Numbered from the stretch's first letter, positions 54,277-63,542 are shown. The stretch: 64,000 bases of DNA from an uncultured Prevotellaceae bacterium (GCA_946415365.1 CAMKSE010000007.1:13566-77565); one strand, 5' to 3'. A program made the numbers and translations. Notes: generated from the letters alone by a model not told the origin.

Positions 54277-55216
54277 GATAAAAGGGGCATCCCCGCTTGT
54301 CAGCATTATCTGTGATGTTTTTAACCATGAAGAATATCTCAGAGAATGCCTAAATGGACTTGTTTATCAAAAAACAGATTTTGATTATATTATTCTTATT
54401 CATGATGATGCATCCACAGACTCTTCTCCACAAATTATTAATGAATTTGTGGAGAAGTATCCCAAGTTATTTGAACCGATTATTCAAAAGGTTAATCAGT
54501 ATTCTCAAGGAATTGGCATTTGGAAGACATATCAATTTCCAAGAGTACATACGAAATATGTCGCCTTTTGCGAGGGTGATGACTATTGGATAGATCCAAT
54601 GAAACTTCAGAAGGAGGTAGATTTCCTTGAGTCACATCCAGACTATTCTGCAGTTCTTGGAAATATTATTGTAAGAGACGAGACAATACACCCAACAATT
54701 GAGACACCATCATCACAAACTGAAAGAATCTTTACGCTTAAAGACGTTTTGGGTGGAACTCTATTCCCAATAGCATCAATTTGTGTGAGACAAATAGTAA
54801 TTGATAATTGGGACAACTCGATTAATTCTAACGGCGACATGATATTAGCGTATACTGCTACATCTATTGGAGAAGTATATATGCTAAATGATTGCATGTC
54901 TGTTTATAGGCGTACGGGAAAAGGAGTCTGCACTTCTAAAGATCGCTCTCAACAACTTGTTGCTGGATTCAAAGAATATTACAGTTTTCACAAGCAACTA
55001 CATTTCCCCCAACCACATACTCTTATACATTACCAATCTCAAGCAATTGTAAGATTTATTTGTAATGAAGGATTATTTCGTCTACCATTTTTAGATATCA
55101 TAAGTTACATAAGATTCAAATATACACTATTATACATTTATTATATTATCTCTCTTTTAGCTAAGCATTTATATAATCTCTCATATCACTATTTTTCCAC
55201 TAAAGCCGAACAATAA
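54263..55216 (+). CDS. Glycosyltransferase family 2
   Basis: ORF 54254..55216. VSIICDVFNHEEYL...HDDASTD...CEGDDYW motifs. Confidence 0.85.
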   Translation: MSTNEIKGASPLVSIICDVFNHEEYLRECLNGLVYQKTDFDYIILIHDDASTDSSPQIINEFVEKYPKLFEPIIQKVNQYSQGIGIWKTYQFPRVHTKYVAFCEGDDYWIDPMKLQKEVDFLESHPDYSAVLGNIIVRDETIHPTIETPSSQTERIFTLKDVLGGTLFPIASICVRQIVIDNWDNSINSNGDMILAYTATSIGEVYMLNDCMSVYRRTGKGVCTSKDRSQQLVAGFKEYYSFHKQLHFPQPHTLIHYQSQAIVRFICNEGLFRLPFLDIISYIRFKYTLLYIYYIISLLAKHLYNLSYHYFSTKAEQ

Positions 55217-55233
55217 TAAAAAACAATTAAACA

Positions 55234-56190
55234 CTATCGCCGAACTAATGAAAAAATCCAAAAGAAAGGTGAATCTGCCAGCCAAAATAACAATTTATTC
55301 TTTATCGGAAATGCTATTTCTTTCCAGACTTTATTGCTTTCTGGGAAAAGTTTGCGCCATCGCTTAATATCATAACAATTATTGTCGAGCAACAATGGTA
55401 GCTTAGAAATAAACTTACGTTTTAATAGATCGCTTTTAACTACTTCTAATACACCTTTCTCCCGATAGAAATCCTCTGTTTTACGGATGGCAGCGGCCTG
55501 GCTTTCTACAGCGAAGACGGTAGTATGAGTATAATTATTGGGATTATACTGTATCCAGTGGTACATACAACGATCAACACCTGCAAATCTTTGAGCATAA
55601 TAGAATATTTGACAGCAAAACAAATAGTCGTCTACCATATTCCTGTCAGGAATAAAACGTACCTCATCACGATGCTCGGTGACTATAGTACTGCGCACTA
55701 ATAGTTTCCACATCACTCCTTTTATAGTAAGAAGTGTGATTGCACGCATCATTTCATTATGGTCATTTGTGTATTTCTGAGGATGTTCCACGCTGTGATT
55801 AGCATATTCTTCAACATAGCCACAACCTGAAATATCTGCATTTTCTTTTTGGGCAGCGTCTACTAATAACTCTACCATATCCTTATCAATATAGTCATCA
55901 CTATCAACAAACAAGAAATAGTCACCTGTCATATTATCCAAACAATCATTGCGAGAAGCAGAAATACCAAGATTTTTATCATGGATAATTATCTTACACT
56001 TATCGGCGACATCATATTTAGCAATATATTCATTAATGACCTCCATGCTTTTATCTGGGGTACAGTCATTAACAAAAACATATTCAATATTCGGATAGGT
56101 TTGAGTAAATAGAGACTCCACACAACGTCCAACATACTTTTCCACTTTATAAAAGGGGACTAGAATTGACACTTTAGTATTCTGTTCCAT
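55234..56190 (-). CDS. Glycosyltransferase family 2 (318 aa)
   Basis: VSILVPFYKVEKYV...VNDCTPD...FVDSDDY motifs. Confidence 0.87.
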   Translation of the reverse strand: MEQNTKVSILVPFYKVEKYVGRCVESLFTQTYPNIEYVFVNDCTPDKSMEVINEYIAKYDVADKCKIIIHDKNLGISASRNDCLDNMTGDYFLFVDSDDYIDKDMVELLVDAAQKENADISGCGYVEEYANHSVEHPQKYTNDHNEMMRAITLLTIKGVMWKLLVRSTIVTEHRDEVRFIPDRNMVDDYLFCCQIFYYAQRFAGVDRCMYHWIQYNPNNYTHTTVFAVESQAAAIRKTEDFYREKGVLEVVKSDLLKRKFISKLPLLLDNNCYDIKRWRKLFPESNKVWKEIAFPIKNKLLFWLADSPFFWIFSLVRR

Positions 56191-56191
56191 C

Positions 56192-57148
56192 TTATCTTTT
56201 TAACAACTTTAATAACAAAAACAATTTATGTTCAGCAAGCCAAAATTCAAAACGCTCTTTTTTCGAATAATTCATTTCTTTCCAAATCCCTTTTGCTTCT
56301 GGAAATATCTTTATGAACGCATTGGGATTGAATAATTTCTTATTTAATATATAATTACTCTTTATATTAAACTTTCTCAAAAGTAATTGATGTTCAACAT
56401 CACCATCATACATTTTATTATCACGAAAGAAGCACTCCACTTCATTTACACACTTAATATGATCATTAATACTACACAACAACTGAAAAGATAATCGATT
56501 CTGATTATATTGAACATAATGATAAAATGCCTTACGAAGTATAGAAAAGCTATTTGCATAATAAAATAGTTTAATAGACATAATATAGTCCTCACCAATA
56601 TTAATCGGACTGATATGGAAATTATCAAATAATCTTCTTCGGATTAATAATTTCCACAGCACCGTTGCAATATCATAGTTAATGCATTTCAACATATTCT
56701 CAATACATGTTTTGGCATAGTCTTCTTGGCAATAGAGCATTTTTCCAGATGAGAATTCTTTTATGAAATCACAACCAACAATGTCAATATCCCCACCTTC
56801 CGTAGAAGCAACCATTTGCTCAACTGTATCTCTTTCAATCCAATCATCACTATCAACAAACAGAATATAGTCTCCCTTGGCATTGGCAATACATTCTGCT
56901 CTTGAAACTGCAATACCTTCGTTATGTGCATGGGTTATAATAGTATATTTATTTGTATCAATTCTATGCTTGCTTATCGTGGACATAAGAACCTGCAAGC
57001 TTGCATCAGGAGAACAATCGTCCACAAAGACATAATTTATATTTATATACGTTTGTGAAAATATGGAGTCCAGTGCTTTTTCAAGATACTGTTCCACCTT
57101 AAATATAGGCATTAATATTGATACATTGATATTACACTCCATTATCAT
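56192..57148 (-). CDS. Glycosyltransferase family 2 (318 aa), tandem paralog of 55234..56190
   Basis: VSILMPIFKVEQYL...VDDCSPD...FVDSDDW. The C-terminal region is collinear with its neighbour. Confidence 0.87.
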   Translation of the reverse strand: MIMECNINVSILMPIFKVEQYLEKALDSIFSQTYININYVFVDDCSPDASLQVLMSTISKHRIDTNKYTIITHAHNEGIAVSRAECIANAKGDYILFVDSDDWIERDTVEQMVASTEGGDIDIVGCDFIKEFSSGKMLYCQEDYAKTCIENMLKCINYDIATVLWKLLIRRRLFDNFHISPINIGEDYIMSIKLFYYANSFSILRKAFYHYVQYNQNRLSFQLLCSINDHIKCVNEVECFFRDNKMYDGDVEHQLLLRKFNIKSNYILNKKLFNPNAFIKIFPEAKGIWKEMNYSKKERFEFWLAEHKLFLLLKLLKR

Positions 57149-57942
57149 TCCTTTACAAAATGTAGTATTATAGAACCCAATCTATACATCAACTTGTCTA
57201 TCTTGAAATGTTGACGAAATCGGGGAGTCAAGGACTGCGTCAGACACTCAGATTTTTTCATGAATTGATAATCAGCAAGAACTCTTGAAGGAAACATTTC
57301 CGACAAGACTTGGTCTTTTTCTTTCCACATCTTATCAGGATTGGAAGTACTCACCCCACTAGTATCAAATCTAGTTACATTCACATTGACATATTTAATT
57401 GAACAATTATGTATAACAATTGCCTGAACAAAAAATTTCCAATCTGATACTATCTTCAATCGTTCATCGTATGGAAATAAACGAAGTAATTCTGTTTTAA
57501 TAAAAGAACTTTGATGAGGGACGGTTCCCGAATAAAGATAATACAAAGATATTGGTCTTGATGGAGAGGCAAATAAGTATTTGTTATCTTTTTCCGACAC
57601 AATCTTTCCAACAAGGATATCTTCTTCTAAGCTTAATATGGCAACACTATCTAAGACATTATCGTCATAAAAGCAGTCTCCGGAGTTTAAAAAGATACAA
57701 TACTCACCACGAGCCTGTGCAACACCCTTATTCATGGCATGATAGATACCACGATCTTTTTCTGTAATCCAATAATCTATTTGGTTTGCATTATCTTTAA
57801 TAGTATCGACACTTCCATCTGTAGAACCTCCATCTATAATAATAAATTCAAAATCTCTATAGGATTGACTTACAACGCTCTTAATTGTATGGGACAATCC
57901 TATATTATTGTTATAATTGATTGTAATAACAGAATACTTCAT
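57145..57942 (-). CDS. Glycosyltransferase family 2
   Basis: YSVITINYNN...IIDGGSTDGS...FLNSGD. The -7 box tacttttg lies upstream on the minus strand. Confidence 0.87.
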   Translation of the reverse strand: MKYSVITINYNNNIGLSHTIKSVVSQSYRDFEFIIIDGGSTDGSVDTIKDNANQIDYWITEKDRGIYHAMNKGVAQARGEYCIFLNSGDCFYDDNVLDSVAILSLEEDILVGKIVSEKDNKYLFASPSRPISLYYLYSGTVPHQSSFIKTELLRLFPYDERLKIVSDWKFFVQAIVIHNCSIKYVNVNVTRFDTSGVSTSNPDKMWKEKDQVLSEMFPSRVLADYQFMKKSECLTQSLTPRFRQHFKIDKLMYRLGSIILHFVKE

Positions 57943-58141
57943 TGCGACAAAAGTACGAATAATTTTTGATTAATGCAAGTATTTCACATAAAAAGTGTAT
58001 CTTGTTTGTAAGATATCAAGTCCATATCGAGGATTATACAATATAAATTATTGTTGTCAGATAAAAACGGAATTGATTAAACCCTTCTGAATCATTGTAA
58101 TTGACCGAAATCATGGAAAGTTTCACCAGTTTATTCTTTTA

Positions 58142-59287
58142 TTATTTTGCAAGTTCCATTTGATCTATTATACTCATAAATCTTTTCGACCAAGCATCCC
58201 ATGAGAGTCTCTCTGAATACAATCTTAATGCACCTTGATGTAGATGGGAGATATTATTAGACTCAATATCCTTTGAGATCTGGTCTGCGAATTCCTCAGC
58301 TCCGAGATTCGGCGACAAAGCATAGCCATTTACCCCACTAACTACATAATTCTCAGTTCCACCTGTAGCATATGTGTAGGTTGGAATACCGAAACCTGCA
58401 GCCTCAGAGAACACGATTCCTGCACATTCTGCTTGAGTCGGTAACAACATGATATGACTATTCTTATATAGTTCTATATACCTGCGATATGCCTCTGGAT
58501 TATTCTTGTTCAGGAATCCATGATTCTTGACAAAACTATATTGCTGACAATACTCTGGAAGTTCCTTTATTCCCACAATATTAAGAATAGCATCATAGCC
58601 TCTCCCTCTCAATAATTGCACAGTCTGCACAGCAACATCGCCACCTTTCCTTTCCCATTCTACTCCAGAAAAAAGAATCTGCAAGACCCCTCCCTTATAG
58701 GGAATATTAGGATGGATATCCGATTCATCAATGCATGCCCCAAACTCCAGAACGACACATCTCGAAGGATTGCTTCGGCAATCTTCAATAACACTATTTA
58801 TAGCCCACTGGGAAGCTCGAATATTTAAGAAAGCTTTCTGTGATGCTTTTCTTTCTAAAAGACATGCCATCTTAACAGAAAGAGGGTGACATTTTTTCCA
58901 ATAATAATTATTCATAAGATATGCAGTAGCATCAGAATAATATAGGATTGGCTTTTTCGTCCTCAAAAACAATCCAATCTGACCTCCCCGAGGAAAGAAC
59001 AACACATCACACTTATTAAATAATTCATTCTTCCTAATCGACTTAGCATATCCATATGCAACTGGAAGGAAGTGAACACCTCCCAAAATCAGTTTTTTAC
59101 CACATATATTATAAACTTTCCATCTTAATTTTTCAAACATGCGAACAAATTTGGTATTCATGTCAAACGGAATCCAAACAACTTGAAATCCAGCCTTTTC
59201 TATAGATTCCCTAATCTTGAATAAAAGACCACTCCATGCATAACGATCCTTAAATGGATCGGTTTCACAAACATACCCAATTACCAT
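58142..59287 (-). CDS. Glycosyltransferase family 4 (GT-B, Glycos_transf_1)
   Basis: C-terminal E(x7)E-type region (LLPTQAECAGIVFSEAAGFGIPT). The -7 box tatctttg lies upstream on the minus strand. Confidence 0.87.
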   Translation of the reverse strand: MVIGYVCETDPFKDRYAWSGLLFKIRESIEKAGFQVVWIPFDMNTKFVRMFEKLRWKVYNICGKKLILGGVHFLPVAYGYAKSIRKNELFNKCDVLFFPRGGQIGLFLRTKKPILYYSDATAYLMNNYYWKKCHPLSVKMACLLERKASQKAFLNIRASQWAINSVIEDCRSNPSRCVVLEFGACIDESDIHPNIPYKGGVLQILFSGVEWERKGGDVAVQTVQLLRGRGYDAILNIVGIKELPEYCQQYSFVKNHGFLNKNNPEAYRRYIELYKNSHIMLLPTQAECAGIVFSEAAGFGIPTYTYATGGTENYVVSGVNGYALSPNLGAEEFADQISKDIESNNISHLHQGALRLYSERLSWDAWSKRFMSIIDQMELAK

Positions 59288-59465
59288 ATACGATTATCAT
59301 TTTTAAGCAGGATTAACTAAACAATAATTTTACTTGTGCAAAGATAGCTATTTATTTCTGAAAAAACAGTATTTTTGCTGAAAAAAATTTATTTGTATGT
59401 ATTATTCTAATTATCATCCTTTCATAATGCCTTTATCACACAAACGATTCCATTTTTCATTTACC

Positions 59466-61223
59466 TTATTGCCAAATATAACCAGACAACAGCCTGGCAT
59501 AGTAACGTGCACCTATAGGAGTAAGGTGTTTACCATCGTAAGTTATAAATTTATGTTCAGATGTAAAAACGAGGACTGTGCTGTCTGATTGAAGCGATAG
59601 ACTCAATAAGTCAATAAAATTACCATGCCATTCTTCATTAAGTAAGCGATTAACTGAAAAGAAATCTTTTCTAAGGGTTGTCTTCTGTGCATAATAGTCA
59701 GGACGATGACGATTCTTGTAAAAGATGCCATTGCTAGTTCCATGATTCTTTGTACCAATGCCCCAGATTTCAGATCCTGCTCTGAGATTCTTCCAAACAA
59801 CCTCAGGTACCTCATGCTTCCATCCGAAGAAATAAATACGGTCGCTCTGGCGGATACGACTTAGCGGACAATCTTCGATGCCATAATGATAAGATAACTG
59901 GATACTATCTCTTAGTGGTGACTCAAGCAGAATATTTGCAAAGTCACGTGCAAAGCTGTTACCTATGACAAGAATCTTCTTTTTCGAATTGTCTTGAGAG
60001 AACTCACGATCATATTGATAGATACGGTCTGTGTAGTATTCAAAGATCATAGGATCGGTCTCACCCTCACGGATGCCTAATTCTGGAATATCTCTTACAA
60101 TTCCACCTTTCTGGTATATCCACAATGCAAAGGCATTGACAATTAAGAAAGAAAAGACCAAGCATACCCGTGATGTTATATTTATTGTTATACGCCTCTC
60201 AATGATATAATAGGTGAAAACAGATAGCAAAAGAGCAAGTCCTATCAAACAGGCCAATATGCTTGGCGAGAGTTCATCGGCAAAGAAATAACGATAGAAG
60301 GCAAACAAAGGCTGATGCCATAAGAAGATACTTAAACTCATGCGTCCAATGGGTGCAAGGATCTTTGACTTGCGGGCAAAGGCTGTCAGCCTGTTGTCAG
60401 TATGACTCTGGAAGCAAGACATCAATGCAAAGGACACCGTCAATATCACCATCACCTCTCGAGGCAGAAAACTCTCTCGAATCGTGTTTGTGCCTCCAAC
60501 AAGATTATATGGCATTGCTCGTTCACCTATCGTAAAGGCTCCAAAGAAAATCATCAGAAACAGACCAACTACAGAGAAGTACTTCATAGATGTAGAGACT
60601 CTTGGAGCTCTGATAGCTACCAATCCACCTATAGCAATCTCAAAGAATCGATATGACAGCAGATAATATTTATTGCCAATACTGTCAACAGGCAACAGAT
60701 ATAGTAGAAGCGATAAAAATGTCAGGACAATCAATGTCATCTTCATCCGACGTTTTACCACAAGCATCAGCAACGGAAATACCACATAGAACTGGAAAAG
60801 TACACCTAAGAACCATGTATGCATCAGGACCTTCTGATAGATGGCGGCCCAGTAGTTCTGTGTGGTGATAGCTTGAAGCACATTATTCATAAAAGTTGAA
60901 GCAGCGACAGCCTCCTCACTCAGAAAACGCAAATCATTAGGTAACATTCCCCAATACCCTATCGCTAATGACAGGACGCTCACGATCAATACCAAAGGCA
61001 ACAGACGAAAGATCTTTTTCTCTATAAACGTCCAATATCTGAACCGTCCTTCATCAATCTGTCTCATTACCTGAGGCACAACCAAATAACCGTTAAGTAC
61101 AAGAAACAAATCAACCCCAAGGTATCCGCTCTTGCACCAACCTGCATGATAGAGTACAACGGCAATGATAGCCAGTCCTTTCAGCAAGTCCAGATCATAT
61201 CGATAAAAGTCTCCTCCCACCAC
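59466..61223 (-). CDS. Fused acyltransferase-3 plus C-terminal SGNH domain O-acetyltransferase (OafA/YrhL-like)
   Basis: ORF 59466..61379. AT3 N-terminus LDLLKGLAIIAVVLYH. C-terminal SGNH-like blocks VIGNSFARDF and DGKHLT. The start is uncertain: the upstream in-frame ATGs lie across the divergent promoter, so GTG at 61223 (or 61220), downstream of the -7 box tatttttg, is proposed. Confidence 0.75.
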   Translation of the reverse strand: MVGGDFYRYDLDLLKGLAIIAVVLYHAGWCKSGYLGVDLFLVLNGYLVVPQVMRQIDEGRFRYWTFIEKKIFRLLPLVLIVSVLSLAIGYWGMLPNDLRFLSEEAVAASTFMNNVLQAITTQNYWAAIYQKVLMHTWFLGVLFQFYVVFPLLMLVVKRRMKMTLIVLTFLSLLLYLLPVDSIGNKYYLLSYRFFEIAIGGLVAIRAPRVSTSMKYFSVVGLFLMIFFGAFTIGERAMPYNLVGGTNTIRESFLPREVMVILTVSFALMSCFQSHTDNRLTAFARKSKILAPIGRMSLSIFLWHQPLFAFYRYFFADELSPSILACLIGLALLLSVFTYYIIERRITINITSRVCLVFSFLIVNAFALWIYQKGGIVRDIPELGIREGETDPMIFEYYTDRIYQYDREFSQDNSKKKILVIGNSFARDFANILLESPLRDSIQLSYHYGIEDCPLSRIRQSDRIYFFGWKHEVPEVVWKNLRAGSEIWGIGTKNHGTSNGIFYKNRHRPDYYAQKTTLRKDFFSVNRLLNEEWHGNFIDLLSLSLQSDSTVLVFTSEHKFITYDGKHLTPIGARYYARLLSGYIWQ

Positions 61224-61242
61224 TCGAAGGATTATTTCATTG

Positions 61243-61250
61243 CAAAAATA
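61243..61250 (-). promoter_or_regulatory. -7 box (tatttttg on minus strand) for the OafA-like gene
   Basis: The complement of caaaaata reads tatttttg, 20 nt upstream of the GTG at 61223. Confidence 0.4.
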
Positions 61251-61260
61251 ACAATTTCTG

Positions 61261-61302
61261 TTGAAACAGCCAAAAGTTTCATCTTTTTTCTGTACTTTTG
61301 CA
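61261..61302 (+). promoter_or_regulatory. Hairpin plus T-tract plus -7 box cassette, copy 1
   Basis: ttgaaacagccaaaagtttcatcttttttctgtacttttgca. Inverted repeat tgaaac-N8-gtttca, then T6, then tacttttg (61293-61300). Matches the copy at 63549-63590 (minus strand) at 40 of 42 positions. Confidence 0.6.
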
Positions 61303-61305
61303 CAC

Positions 61306-62349
61306 ATGAATAATGGAAAAGGAGTCTCCCAATACGAGGTCATTCGGCAACTGAGGTTTCCGATGATCGTACTAGTCACCTTTGCCCATAGCTATGGTAA
61401 GGTGGAGGAGGGCTTTTCGTTGTTGGCCTCAGATTGGAATACCTATGAGTTCTTGAAACTGTTGGTGAGTCAGACGCTGGTAAAGGTGGCAGTGCCAGTA
61501 TTCTTCATCATGTCTGGCTATTTATTCTATGCCAATGTCGACAAATGGGATGTCGTCACCTACAAAAAGAAGATATTGCGGAGAATCAAGACGTTGCTAA
61601 TACCATATCTGATCTGGAACCTACTGATGGCTGCCAAACTGAAGACCTTCAGTATGAATATGTTCTGGGCCTTTTGGAATCCTGCAGGAAGTCAGATTGA
61701 TTGGTTCGGGCATGAGCAACTGATGACGGCACCCGCCAACATGCCACTCTGGTTCCTGCGTGACCTGATGGTGGTCTCACTGCTTACACCTATTATACAT
61801 ATATTAGTAAGAAGGTTGGGCTATTGGCTGATGGCTGGGCTAACCGTGCTATATCTCTCAGGAGTCTGTGCCTTCATTCCAGGTCTCTCGGCCTATGCTG
61901 TCTTTTTCTTTACCCTTGGAGCTTTTTTGAGTATCCGAAAAATGGATTTGGTTGAAAACCTCAAGCGATTCGAATGTCCTGCCTATGGGCTCTCCGTCAT
62001 AATAGGTGTAGCTATGATGATAACATATAGCACTCCCGTCTTTTCCTCCTTGATGCTCTGCTTCCGTCTTACTGGAGCCATTGCAGTGTTCTGTCTTGCA
62101 TCAAGAATCCTCTCTGCCACCAATAAAAGGCTTCCGTTGGTTGTCTGCAATTCAGCCTATTTCATCTACCTTGCCCATTATGTATTCTTTTTCTATTTTA
62201 TAGATACGGCTTTTTTTGCTCTTTTCGGCACTTCTGTCATAGCCTTGTCCCTCCATTACCTTTTGGTACCGTTGTTAAAGGCATTCCTGATGATCATTGT
62301 CTATCTAATTTATTCAAAGATGATGGCCAAGGGAACCTCAGCTAATTAA
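61306..62349 (+). CDS. Acyltransferase-3 family membrane O-acyltransferase
   Basis: ORF 61261..62349. The ATG at 61306 lies downstream of the -7 box. QLRFPMIVLVTFAHS...VPVFFIMSGY, polytopic. Confidence 0.8.
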   Translation: MNNGKGVSQYEVIRQLRFPMIVLVTFAHSYGKVEEGFSLLASDWNTYEFLKLLVSQTLVKVAVPVFFIMSGYLFYANVDKWDVVTYKKKILRRIKTLLIPYLIWNLLMAAKLKTFSMNMFWAFWNPAGSQIDWFGHEQLMTAPANMPLWFLRDLMVVSLLTPIIHILVRRLGYWLMAGLTVLYLSGVCAFIPGLSAYAVFFFTLGAFLSIRKMDLVENLKRFECPAYGLSVIIGVAMMITYSTPVFSSLMLCFRLTGAIAVFCLASRILSATNKRLPLVVCNSAYFIYLAHYVFFFYFIDTAFFALFGTSVIALSLHYLLVPLLKAFLMIIVYLIYSKMMAKGTSAN

Positions 62350-62403
62350 GAAGGGATTACAAGCTAATAAACTCGGGATTTTTAATTAGGTTCATCGGGA
62401 TAT

Positions 62404-62481
62404 TGCCTTAAGGCACACTATGGCGTGCCTTAAGGCGCATCATTGCGTGCCTTAAGGCAAATGGCCATTTGCCTTAAGGCA
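62404..62481. repeat. Four GCCTTAAGGC palindromes at exact 22-bp spacing
   Basis: Cores at 62405-62414, 62427-62436, 62449-62458 and 62471-62480. Copies 3 and 4 form a 32-bp perfect palindrome (gccttaaggcaaatgg|ccatttgccttaaggc). Confidence 0.97.
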
Positions 62482-62520
62482 CAGGAATACTTATAAGTTG
62501 ATACTCTCTATCTGAGATTT

Positions 62521-63150
62521 TTATATCTCAGTGTAGATGTGGGCATGGCTGACCCGAGACATTTGCAATTTCGGGTTCTCGCCAGTGCACCAGAGATTCA
62601 GTTGCTTACGGGCAGAATGTTCTGTCAGGTGGCTATAATGTGCAAAACTTGCAACGGTTGTGTAGCCGTTGTTAGCCCTAATACTTTTCTGCAATGCCTC
62701 TTCTAAATGCTGGATGTTGTTCATAACACGACTGGACAACGGTTTACGGATGTAGCGGAAACCGTCACTGCCAATCTCTATATCCAACTCTTTTTCAAAC
62801 TGTTTTGTTGGTCTGTAGTCAATCCCTTTTAACACCACATCATCATGTTTGATATCATCAGGGTTTGTAATGTCGCGTTTCAGTTCTAACTTGGCAGAAA
62901 ATGTGCCGATAGGTGTTTCTATGCGATAACCTTCCGCCATCCATTTGGGGGCAGCTTCCATAAAGGCTTCAAACATACGTGTCATTTCTCCCTTGCGGAT
63001 TGAATACTTATCGCCATAATAGGTTTCTAACTCGTCGAGCGTCCTCTTCAATCCGCTCTGCGGCATCACGTAGAGTAGAGACTCGCCGTTCGCATTCTTC
63101 TGTGGTGTAGGGTGTGCCTCAAAAGGCATACCATATTTCTTCCTAGGCAT
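62521..63150 (-). CDS. Bacteroidota HU-like DNA-binding protein with C-terminal extension (HU-HIG / DUF4469-like)
   Basis: N-terminal pattern LLYVMPQSGLKRTLDELE...GEMTRMFEAFMEAAPKWMAEGYRIETPIGTF resembles an HU-fold. The family call is from memory. Confidence 0.5.
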   Translation of the reverse strand: MPRKKYGMPFEAHPTPQKNANGESLLYVMPQSGLKRTLDELETYYGDKYSIRKGEMTRMFEAFMEAAPKWMAEGYRIETPIGTFSAKLELKRDITNPDDIKHDDVVLKGIDYRPTKQFEKELDIEIGSDGFRYIRKPLSSRVMNNIQHLEEALQKSIRANNGYTTVASFAHYSHLTEHSARKQLNLWCTGENPKLQMSRVSHAHIYTEI

Positions 63151-63151
63151 A

Positions 63152-63542
63152 TTACAACAGGTATATTATGATGAAAAATGAAATAATCCAGCCAGCAATG
63201 CAGAACTGGATAAAATGATCCTTGACAAATGATTTAGTAGGACTGCCACTGTGATTGTAAACAATCATATTCTGCAGATAACGAAGTAATCCTGCTAACG
63301 CCCAGTGCTCCAGAAGCAATCGGACGCTTACGCTTTTTGGGATGCTGACGATCTGCCTCAATATCCTTCAGGTCATTAAAGCAATAGATGGAACTTGAAA
63401 TCAGACAAAAAGCGATGAAGATAATCAGTGTCGGCCAAAAATATTCGGCCTTCAGCAGATTGTTACTGAAGAAGATGGGTGCAAAAACAAACACGTTCTT
63501 TAGCCATTGCAGCGGGCGTAGTAGTTGGATGTATTTGATCAT
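63152..63542 (-). pseudogene. Frameshifted, 3'-truncated UbiA-family prenyltransferase (decaprenyl-phosphate phosphoribosyltransferase-like) remnant
   Basis: MIKYIQLLRPLQWLKNVFVFAPIFF...NDLKDIEADRQHPKKRKRPIASG in one frame, continuing after a frameshift as ...YNHSGSPTKSFVKDHFIQFCIAGWII in another. Total is about 130-145 aa versus about 290 expected. Confidence 0.55.

Noticed and set aside
61261-61305. Conserved peptide MKQP[KR]VS[ST]FFCTFA at the N-termini of ORFs 61261.. and 63590.. (minus strand)
   Set aside because: Both start at TTG and cover the shared hairpin/-7-box cassette. The similarity is promoter DNA, not a protein domain. The real starts are the ATGs at 61306 and 63542.
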